DNA from: Candidatus Rifleibacteriota bacterium
Lineage (GTDB): Bacteria > Muiribacteriota > Ozemobacteria > Ozemobacterales > Ozemobacteraceae
NCBI GenBank assembly: GCA_051747585.1
Contig: JBNJGH010000091.1
Coordinates: 1 to 13,190 of the forward strand
DNA length: 13,190 nucleotides
Reading direction: 5' to 3'
A model generated the notes under the pieces. It searched no databases, was not told where the DNA came from, and worked only from the letters and a program-made list of their open reading frames with translations. Numbering within the stretch: the stretch's first letter is position 1; each line of letters starts with the position of its first letter. Of the stretch, positions 6,581 to 13,190 are shown piece after piece. A program made the translations under genes and the position numbers.

Positions 6581-7498
6581 TTATTGTTTTTTATCTGCTA
6601 CTTTTGCCAGGCTATCCATCGCAGTTTTAAACTCCTGCGCCGGAACATCGAGTACTATTCGAGCAAGATGCTCTCTATTATCTTGAATTTTTGCCTTTTC
6701 CAGCATTGAAGCAAATTCCGGAACAGAAGCTGTCCAGCCTTTAAAAGCATCGAGAAAGTTCTGCAGTCCCGCTACGAATTCCGGTAGCTCATTCTTTTTA
6801 TTTACGAGTCCGGTAAAATGGAAATTGAATTTTTTATCATAACTCAAGGCAAAAAAACCGGTTGATAAATTATTCAAACCCGTAACAGGAACTTTAATAT
6901 TTTTTTCCCAGCCGGTTCCGGCAAGAACTGTTCCCCAGATATTCGCGTCAGTATCGACCCGGCGGATCATGTGGGCAAAGGCGCGATTACCAATAATGCT
7001 TTTATCTCTACGAAGATTGGCTATTTTTTTAAGCACAGTTTCTTTAGCAAAAGCAACTGCGTGTTTATTGAGAAACATCATATTGGCATCAGGGTTTTTG
7101 TTATTTTTTACCGCCTGAAGACCGGCAATTTTGCTTATAGTAAATTTCCCGGCAATTTCAGAATCAGTTTGAATAAGTCGAGAAATTTCATTTGAATCAA
7201 AATTTCCGCTGACTAGAACTCCAACTTCGTTATTGGAAGTCATGAAAACAGTAACATTGCGAATGTCTTTTGCAGGGTTAATGCCTGATCTTTCATAAAA
7301 ATCGGTATAATCTTTCTGCCCGGTTTTAAAGTGCTCATCGACCAACGCTTTTAACTCAGGTTGGGCAAGAATAGAATTCAAATCAAAATTCACAAGCAAA
7401 TAAGCATCTGCGGGAACCAGAGACAACAGGTTATTGGAAAATCCTGTAAGGCCAACCATAAGAAAAGCCATTAATAGAAACAAAGTTCGTAATTTCAC
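6581..7498 (-). CDS. Secreted/periplasmic hypothetical protein (305 aa)
   Basis: GTG start with SD AGGAGG (7507-7512) and N-terminal signal peptide. LLSLVPADAYLLVNFDL is reminiscent of DUF3352-like N-termini (from recall, unverified). Confidence 0.8.
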   Translation of the reverse strand: MKLRTLFLLMAFLMVGLTGFSNNLLSLVPADAYLLVNFDLNSILAQPELKALVDEHFKTGQKDYTDFYERSGINPAKDIRNVTVFMTSNNEVGVLVSGNFDSNEISRLIQTDSEIAGKFTISKIAGLQAVKNNKNPDANMMFLNKHAVAFAKETVLKKIANLRRDKSIIGNRAFAHMIRRVDTDANIWGTVLAGTGWEKNIKVPVTGLNNLSTGFFALSYDKKFNFHFTGLVNKKNELPEFVAGLQNFLDAFKGWTASVPEFASMLEKAKIQDNREHLARIVLDVPAQEFKTAMDSLAKVADKKQ

Positions 7499-7551
7499 GG
7501 TGAAATCCTCCTGAAAAAAAATAGGACTATAATTATTTCGCTGTTTATAAG

Positions 7552-7581
7552 ATTTTACGCTGATTTGCCCTTTTTAGTCAA
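7552..7581 (-). promoter_or_regulatory. Possible sigma70 promoter for the 6581-7498 gene
   Basis: TTGACT-18 nt-TAAAAT on the minus strand. Confidence 0.45.
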
Positions 7582-7679
7582 TTTTTTGCAAATCCACGGC
7601 ATTAATTATCCATTTATTGATACTAGCAAGTTTCAAGACATTTTTGTTTTTTATTAAACATTAAAATTTAGAATATCAA

Positions 7680-7741
7680 AGATTGCTTCTTCGTTCTGCT
7701 TCGCAGAACTCATCGCAATGACAATCAAGGGCTGTCATTGC
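7680..7741. repeat. REP-like palindromic repeat, copy B, plus an inverted partial copy
   Basis: AGATTGCTTC-TTC-GTTCTGC TTC GCAGAAC-TCA-TCGCAATGACA (7680-7723). TGTCATTGC at 7733-7741 is the perfect inverse of 7715-7723. Confidence 0.7.
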
Positions 7742-7765
7742 TGCATATCTACTCGAAAAGCGTGG

Positions 7766-7832
7766 CCCGATCCCGATACCGAACTGCGATCTTTGTTCGG
7801 ATGTCGCTATCGCTATTGATATCGGAATCGAT
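7766..7832. repeat. Inverted pair of degenerate hexamer (ATCGnn) tandem arrays
   Basis: CCCGAT CCCGAT ACCGAA (7766-7783) faces GTCGCT ATCGCT ATTGAT ATCGGA ATCGAT (7803-7832). 7768-7780 versus 7818-7830 match 11/13 as an IR. Confidence 0.6.
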
Positions 7833-7862
7833 AGATCGCCCCAACAGATGAAAGTTTTACAT

Positions 7863-7892
7863 TAGACAATATAAAGACAGCATTGTTATAAT
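7863..7892 (+). promoter_or_regulatory. sigma70 promoter with extended -10 for the prepilin operon, possibly leaderless
   Basis: TAGACA (7863-7868), 18 nt spacer, TATAAT (7887-7892) preceded by TGn, then 7 nt to ATG(7900). No SD. Confidence 0.6.
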
Positions 7893-7899
7893 TGACTTC

Positions 7900-10182
7900 A
7901 TGCAGTGGCTTGCCTTAAAAAAACGGGGAAACATTACCATTATACTTTTAGGTCTTGTAAGTATAATGGTAATAATGGTTTTCGCCCTGTCCAGAAGGAT
8001 GAGCGGACACACTCAGTTATTGACGCTGAGTGATCAAACCCAGATTACCCGATATTTTCTTGAATCTTACGCAGGTGATGTCTTGCAACAAATCACCGCC
8101 TCAGCTAACAAGCTTGATTCAGATAATTTTAAAGTTTTTCGCGAAGCAGTGCGAAACCAGAATCTAGACACAGACTTCTACGAGCCATCTAACCTACTAA
8201 TAGAGCTATCAAACGAGCTTCAAACCGAAATCAAATTACCTCCCGAAATTGTATTCACTCAGGTAGAGAAACTTGATTATCCAACAGGTTACAGTTGCCC
8301 AAACAATTTTCTCGGCAAAGAAAAAAGAGGATTGCTCGAGATTATATGCAAAGCTCAATTCCAGGACCGTGAATACAAACTTAGAGTACAGTATCCATTC
8401 ACGGTGGTTATGCGACTTACTCCTGTAATCAAAGATTTTGTTCTTTTTGCAGATCAAATTGGACGCGAACAGGGACGTGACAAAATCGGTCCCGACGACA
8501 ACCTGAACATAATGTACACGAAAGACGGCGAACATCCTGAAATAATTGACTCGGAAATAATGTCAATAATGCCTCACCGAAGACTCCGACCCGGCATAAA
8601 ATACCGACCATTTATCATACAACCCGCATGGGCCCCCGCAGAGTTTGGCAACGCCGACCTAAGCGGAAAGGTTTATCTGGGTCCCTCAGACGAATCCGTT
8701 TTTCTCAACCTGGCCGGAGACAACCGGGAAATTGCAGAAACGAGTATGGGTGAGCTTTATCTCATTTCACCCGAAACTTTCAAAGTCGCTGACGAAAACA
8801 CTACTTTTGAGCATATAGGTGTTTTTATGAATCAAAATGGCGGTTTTACAAAAATGCTCGGCATGAATATACCATTAAAACACAGTCATATCGCTAAAAT
8901 GGGAGTAATGGGATTCTCTTATGAAATGGTTCCAGCGCTGGGAACAATCTTTGAAGGCTCTGCTTACGAACCTGAAGACTTTTTCAATTCCGGTGGTTCT
9001 TCCAGCGAGTTTTATCAGAAAATTAACAATTATGGTAAAGGTTTTTTAGCTATGGCCAGCGGTCTAAAACTAATGGGAATAAAACCGGAGGGAGGGACTC
9101 TGCCCGCACGTGAAATATATGGCAATGTTTTATCAAGATTCTTTGTCATGACTTTCTGGTGGCCTCCATCTGGGGGTGGTGAACCACTTAAATACGATGA
9201 ATCGAGAGGTTCTAACGATTTTCCCTCCAGAGAAGTTTTTGGGGCTACCACCTACCATTTTGAGCCGGAAAGTCCAGACCAGGAATACCAGGACTTTATG
9301 TCGCGAATGGTATCGGGAAAAAACTGGCTCCCCCGATCAGGCGATCCTCCCAAGGGTTTTCTTCCATACAACATAGACTCCAGAATCACTACGGGAAAAC
9401 AAGCTAGAGCTATTTTTGACCATAGCAATTTCAATGCAAACGATGGGTTTCAGGCTAAAAGCAATCTCGACGAACTGGGCAAAAAATGGTTTGGCGTAAG
9501 AGAACCGGGCGACTTATCACTCACCGAGCCTACGGGAATTGAAACGAGAGTAGGCAGGGTTTTTAACAGTGGCGAAGACTTTTTACAAACAGCCGGCATT
9601 GATGAGGGTAGATTTGATGTAAACGGCATAGTTTATGTTTCAGGCGACCTTGAGGTTCCACCGCTAACAATGACCAACGATAAAATTGGCGGAGGAGTAG
9701 TTCTGGTAGATGGAACAATCAAAATTGCAAATATTACCAGAGGCTACAATGTCGACACCGACACTCTGAACATAGGCGAAGTTGGCAATCTATATCAGAA
9801 ATGGAGCGAAGAAATTACCCAGGATAGTTTTCTTACCTTCGTTTCGTTAAAGGGTGAGCCCATTATGATCAAGGGCGAAGCGCTGATAGGAGTTCAGCTT
9901 GTTAACCTTAATGACCCCTTCGGGCGCCCTTACGACCAGGTTATCTGGAGCTCATCGGTAAATAAAGAAATTTTATTCTGTGGCGGAATTGCTTGTAATT
10001 ACCTGAATCTACCCGAAAGACTTAGAGAATTCGGTCGGATACAAAGTGCCTGCAACATACTTAAAGCACCTTTTTTTCTCTATCATTCGGCAATGGCCGC
10101 TGAAGAACCATCCCTCGCGGTTCAAATAATGGAAGACATGCGCGGCTACCGTTTAACCGCAGGAAAGGCCCAGGATGAGTAA
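7900..10182 (+). CDS. Large PilX/GspK-like minor (pseudo)pilin, 760 aa
   Basis: N-terminus KKRG|NITIILLGLVSIMVIMVFALS resembles a class III signal lacking Glu+5, as PilX/GspK do. Gly-rich beta-type repeats near the C-terminus (VNGIVYVSGDL, GGGVVLVDGTIKI). Overlaps the next prepilin gene by 8 nt. Confidence 0.6.
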   Translation: MQWLALKKRGNITIILLGLVSIMVIMVFALSRRMSGHTQLLTLSDQTQITRYFLESYAGDVLQQITASANKLDSDNFKVFREAVRNQNLDTDFYEPSNLLIELSNELQTEIKLPPEIVFTQVEKLDYPTGYSCPNNFLGKEKRGLLEIICKAQFQDREYKLRVQYPFTVVMRLTPVIKDFVLFADQIGREQGRDKIGPDDNLNIMYTKDGEHPEIIDSEIMSIMPHRRLRPGIKYRPFIIQPAWAPAEFGNADLSGKVYLGPSDESVFLNLAGDNREIAETSMGELYLISPETFKVADENTTFEHIGVFMNQNGGFTKMLGMNIPLKHSHIAKMGVMGFSYEMVPALGTIFEGSAYEPEDFFNSGGSSSEFYQKINNYGKGFLAMASGLKLMGIKPEGGTLPAREIYGNVLSRFFVMTFWWPPSGGGEPLKYDESRGSNDFPSREVFGATTYHFEPESPDQEYQDFMSRMVSGKNWLPRSGDPPKGFLPYNIDSRITTGKQARAIFDHSNFNANDGFQAKSNLDELGKKWFGVREPGDLSLTEPTGIETRVGRVFNSGEDFLQTAGIDEGRFDVNGIVYVSGDLEVPPLTMTNDKIGGGVVLVDGTIKIANITRGYNVDTDTLNIGEVGNLYQKWSEEITQDSFLTFVSLKGEPIMIKGEALIGVQLVNLNDPFGRPYDQVIWSSSVNKEILFCGGIACNYLNLPERLREFGRIQSACNILKAPFFLYHSAMAAEEPSLAVQIMEDMRGYRLTAGKAQDE

Positions 10183-10654
10183 GCTACGCAGAAAAGGCAT
10201 GTCCATGATCGAATTACTTGTCGGGGTAACCATTTTTGGCCTGGCAATGGTTCCTCTAATGTGGCTCGGCACTTCACAAACAAGAGGAGCCTATTCTATT
10301 GGCAAACACATGATGGCAGGTCAGATTGCCGCCAGCTTTCTTGACAGCCTGCTTGGACTGCCATTTGAAGACTGCCTCGAAAAAGTTAAAGAGCTTAAAT
10401 CGCAAGATAAAATTAAAGTGCTTGAAGATGAAAATCTGAAAAAAAGTTTGCAGGCAGTAGCAGATGACAGCGTCAAAAAAGATATGGAAGTTTCTTTCAA
10501 GCATTTTACTTATAAGTTTAACTATGCACTCGATGAAGACAATCGTATATTAAGACTTGATATAGAAGTGTTCTACCGGGTAGTTGAAGGGAAACCAGAC
10601 TCAGAGCAATCAACAAAACTTTCTGTTTTAAAGCACGGTGCAAAAATTGGTTAA
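10175..10654 (+). CDS. Prepilin-type N-terminal cleavage/methylation domain protein (minor pilin, PilV/GspI-like by size and context)
   Basis: RRKG|MSMIELLVGVTIFGLAMVPLMWLG: basic leader, Gly-1, Glu+5, hydrophobic helix. Confidence 0.85.
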   Translation: MSKLRRKGMSMIELLVGVTIFGLAMVPLMWLGTSQTRGAYSIGKHMMAGQIAASFLDSLLGLPFEDCLEKVKELKSQDKIKVLEDENLKKSLQAVADDSVKKDMEVSFKHFTYKFNYALDEDNRILRLDIEVFYRVVEGKPDSEQSTKLSVLKHGAKIG

Positions 10655-11216
10655 GAACAAAAGATTCAACAAATTTGGAGTAACAATGATGGAAATAGTT
10701 ATAGTTGCAGCTATTTCCAGCATGGTTCTGACCATGGCAATGCTCATAATGAATAGAACCACAAGACATTTTAAAAAAGGCACTGACATGCTTAACAACC
10801 AGCGACTGATGGACAACATCGTAGAGCGCATCAGAACCGATGTTAGGTCGCTAAAAAAGACGATAAATTCCGAGTGTAACGATATTTCATTTTCATTTTA
10901 TGCAATTCGCGATGGTGTTGAAAAAAAAATTCACTATCAATATGACGAAAATCGACAAACTCTTTATAGAAACGAAGAAGGCAAAGAAACAAATTTTCAC
11001 GGGGCCAAACAGGTAAAATCCTTTTTGTTTAAACCGGAATATGACAGCAACGGACGATTTAGATTTTTAAATGTGGTTATGCAACTTGTTTCAGATGATA
11101 AAAGCAATTCACAGGGAGGCGAGTCTACCCTGTCGATTGCCTGCCAATTTTATTCTACCTGTGTTGAAGCCGAACTCAACATAGCAAAAATAAGAGAAAA
11201 TAACGACGACAGTTAA
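10638..11216 (+). CDS. Prepilin-type protein (minor pilin, PilW/GspJ-like by context)
   Basis: KNKRFNKFG|VTMMEIVIVAAISSMVLTMAMLIM followed by the helix LMDNIVERIRTDVR. Start uncertain (GTG 10638 or TTG 10647). Confidence 0.82.
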   Translation: MQKLVKNKRFNKFGVTMMEIVIVAAISSMVLTMAMLIMNRTTRHFKKGTDMLNNQRLMDNIVERIRTDVRSLKKTINSECNDISFSFYAIRDGVEKKIHYQYDENRQTLYRNEEGKETNFHGAKQVKSFLFKPEYDSNGRFRFLNVVMQLVSDDKSNSQGGESTLSIACQFYSTCVEAELNIAKIRENNDDS

Positions 11217-11229
11217 CCGGAGGAGATTT

Positions 11230-12279
11230 ATGAAAAAAAGCAGAATTTTATTTTTAATACTAAGCTTTGTTTTTTCGTTGAACTTATTGTTTGCAGCAAG
11301 CGATGCATTAAAAAAGGGACGAGTCCTTGAAAGACAAAGCAAATACGAGCAAGCTCTTGAAGTTTATAAAAAAGCAATCAAACAAAACCCCACTGAGGCT
11401 CTTTATATCGAAGCCGCTGCACTGCTGGGCAAAATGCAGAAATACGAAAATGCCGGCAAAGTATTGGAGCTTGGCCTTAAAGATTTTCCCGATAGTAAAT
11501 CTTTAAAAAATCTGCTTGCTTTGATTATGGTTCGCACAAATCAGAACCAGAAAGCAATCAAACTATTAAAAGAAGTGCTGGAGGCTGACTCCGACAATGG
11601 ATTTGCTAAAAAATGGCTGGCAAAAATTGAGCCCACCGACGAAAGTTCCCCTGACACAACCCAACAAGAAGCGCATCAATCGGTTGACCAATCGCTTGAC
11701 AGCTCGACACCATCATCATCCCCGGACGGCGTCTATCGGGCCAGCAACGAGCTTCCCCTACAGGAACAGAAAGAACTGGCAAAAAAGCTTTATCAACAGA
11801 TGATGGGGCTGGAAAAATGGGAGCTGGATTATTTTAAAGATCTTCACAAAGAAGTTATCGAAAAATGCCCCGAGACCACTCAGGCCGAAGAATCGTGCTG
11901 GCGCTTGTCAAACCTTTATCTGCTTGGCGAAGATCCACCCAACTACCAGGCAGTGATAAATGTCTTAGAACATCTGCTCAAGCAGTATCCCGACACTCCA
12001 TTATTTCCTGATGCTAAAAATCGACTTCTTATTTCATATCAAAAAACGAACCAAACTGAAAAGGTTGTAGAATTGTACCAGGAACTTTTCACCCTCGACC
12101 CCGATCCGATTGACGACAAAGTCTTTATGGTGAGGGCTCTTGAATTCGCCGATGCGCTCAGATCAACCGGCAGAGAGGTTGATGCTCAAGCCTGGTATAT
12201 GAAAATAATTGAAAAAGATGATGGAAAAGGTTCACTTGAAGCAAGAGTAGCACGGCAGCGATTAGAGGGTGAAAACTAA
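11230..12279 (+). CDS. Secreted tetratricopeptide repeat protein
   Basis: SD GGAGGAG, signal peptide ending LFA|AS, TPR motifs (KYEQALEVYKKAIKQNP; NQKAIKLLKEVLEADSDN; VLEHLLKQYPDTP) and a Ser/Asp/Thr-rich central linker. Confidence 0.85.
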   Translation: MKKSRILFLILSFVFSLNLLFAASDALKKGRVLERQSKYEQALEVYKKAIKQNPTEALYIEAAALLGKMQKYENAGKVLELGLKDFPDSKSLKNLLALIMVRTNQNQKAIKLLKEVLEADSDNGFAKKWLAKIEPTDESSPDTTQQEAHQSVDQSLDSSTPSSSPDGVYRASNELPLQEQKELAKKLYQQMMGLEKWELDYFKDLHKEVIEKCPETTQAEESCWRLSNLYLLGEDPPNYQAVINVLEHLLKQYPDTPLFPDAKNRLLISYQKTNQTEKVVELYQELFTLDPDPIDDKVFMVRALEFADALRSTGREVDAQAWYMKIIEKDDGKGSLEARVARQRLEGEN

Positions 12280-12378
12280 CCCAGCCCTTACGCTTTGAGT
12301 CATTTTTTTGTTATGATTATTGTATAAACTCATCTATTGTGTACGAAACTTTTATTTCAGCTTTTCAGGGAGGGCAGA

Positions 12379-13190
12379 ATGAAATTATCAACTAAGAGAA
12401 GGATTTTAATTACGTTGTTTGCACTTTGGTTTGCAGTGCAACCTTTGGCCACGTCAGTGGTCTGGGCAAACGATGCAAATCCCCAGGATTCAATCCCCCA
12501 ACCTGAGTTAAACCCTGAGGGAATCGAAGGGATAGAAGATATTGACGAGATTTTGTCCCCCAATGAATATCTTGAATATATGCTATCCCTCAGAGGTAGA
12601 ACCAAAGAAGAACAGGAAGCAAAAACCTGGGGCGAATGGATGACAAGTCTGACAGGCGCTTACATGCTCATGGATGACGGCTGTACTGATGTATTCAGTT
12701 TTTATGGCGCAATGTCTCAAATGCAACCCCACATGGGTAGAACCCCATTTTATTTTAAAGCTGTAGCAAAATCATCGACAAAAGCCACGTTGGCTTTTTC
12801 CTTTATTGCAAACTCCGGCATAATCGGTGATATTGGCGGCGTAGTCAAAAACACAGGCAGCGCTATTGCCAACTCAAAGGTAGGCGAAGCGAGCAAATGG
12901 GCCGCCAGAGGGGTATCATCAGCCGCAAAATGGACCGGTGGTAAAATTGCAAACACCAGGATTTTTCAAAAAGGCGTTGGTTTTTTTCAACGCAAAGCTA
13001 ATCTTTTCAATGGCTTCAAAAAATCAGGCAAAATGTTTGCCCGAGCCCAGAGTATTTTCAGCGCAAAAAACACTTCTACTTTTTTAACTCACATGGCCCC
13101 CCCTTGCGGATATAGAGCAGGAGTAGGCGAAGGTTTTTATTCTTACTGGCGCTGGGTTGCCCGTAAAACGGGGCTTGAAAACGTGCAACG
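12379..13190 (+). CDS. Secreted hypothetical protein, 5' part (>=270 aa, runs off the window; not in ORF track)
   Basis: SD AGGGAGG, ATG at 12379, no stop to the window end. MKLSTKRRILITLFALWFAVQPLATSVVWA|NDAN is a Sec-type signal peptide. Confidence 0.85.
   Translation, partial: MKLSTKRRILITLFALWFAVQPLATSVVWANDANPQDSIPQPELNPEGIEGIEDIDEILSPNEYLEYMLSLRGRTKEEQEAKTWGEWMTSLTGAYMLMDDGCTDVFSFYGAMSQMQPHMGRTPFYFKAVAKSSTKATLAFSFIANSGIIGDIGGVVKNTGSAIANSKVGEASKWAARGVSSAAKWTGGKIANTRIFQKGVGFFQRKANLFNGFKKSGKMFARAQSIFSAKNTSTFLTHMAPPCGYRAGVGEGFYSYWRWVARKTGLENVQ

Noticed and set aside
5946..7832. CRISPR array, tRNA or riboswitch interpretation of the intergenic repeats
   Set aside because: No equal-length repeats with unique spacers, no tRNA D/T-loop consensus, and no c-di-GMP (GEMM) or other riboswitch consensus recognised by eye. 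An Rfam search was not run.
12265..12310. Possible terminator after the TPR gene
   Set aside because: Only a weak AGGGTG/CAGCCCT pairing, separated from the T-run.
6971..12956. Short track ORFs inside the real genes (6971, 8236, 8429, 9030, 9176, 9252, 10274, 10518, 10628, 11109, 11597, 12357, 12750)
   Set aside because: Shadow or alternative-frame ORFs overlapping better-supported CDSs, including the open plus-strand ORF from 12379.

Overview
Bacterial chromosomal window (AT-rich, no rRNA, tRNA, CRISPR array or transposase seen) dominated by type IV filament genes. Minus strand: LOG-family phosphoribohydrolase; a PilT retraction ATPase with a ~145-aa N-terminal extension (MinD-type amphipathic helix plus PARP-repeat linker); a coupled PilB/GspE-family protein that keeps an MshEN c-di-GMP motif and Zn-binding Cys pairs but has substitutions in every catalytic ATPase motif (candidate pseudo-ATPase); HU; a secreted FecR-domain protein; and a secreted hypothetical protein. 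Plus strand: a 45-aa membrane microprotein missed by the ORF track, an operon of three prepilin-like proteins plus a TPR protein, and a truncated secreted protein, also missed by the track. Intergenic regions hold several types of short palindromic or periodic repeats, including a ~240-nt nested inverted-repeat element at 5946-6187. Up to three genes look leaderless. All calls come from reading the sequence by eye; no searches were run.
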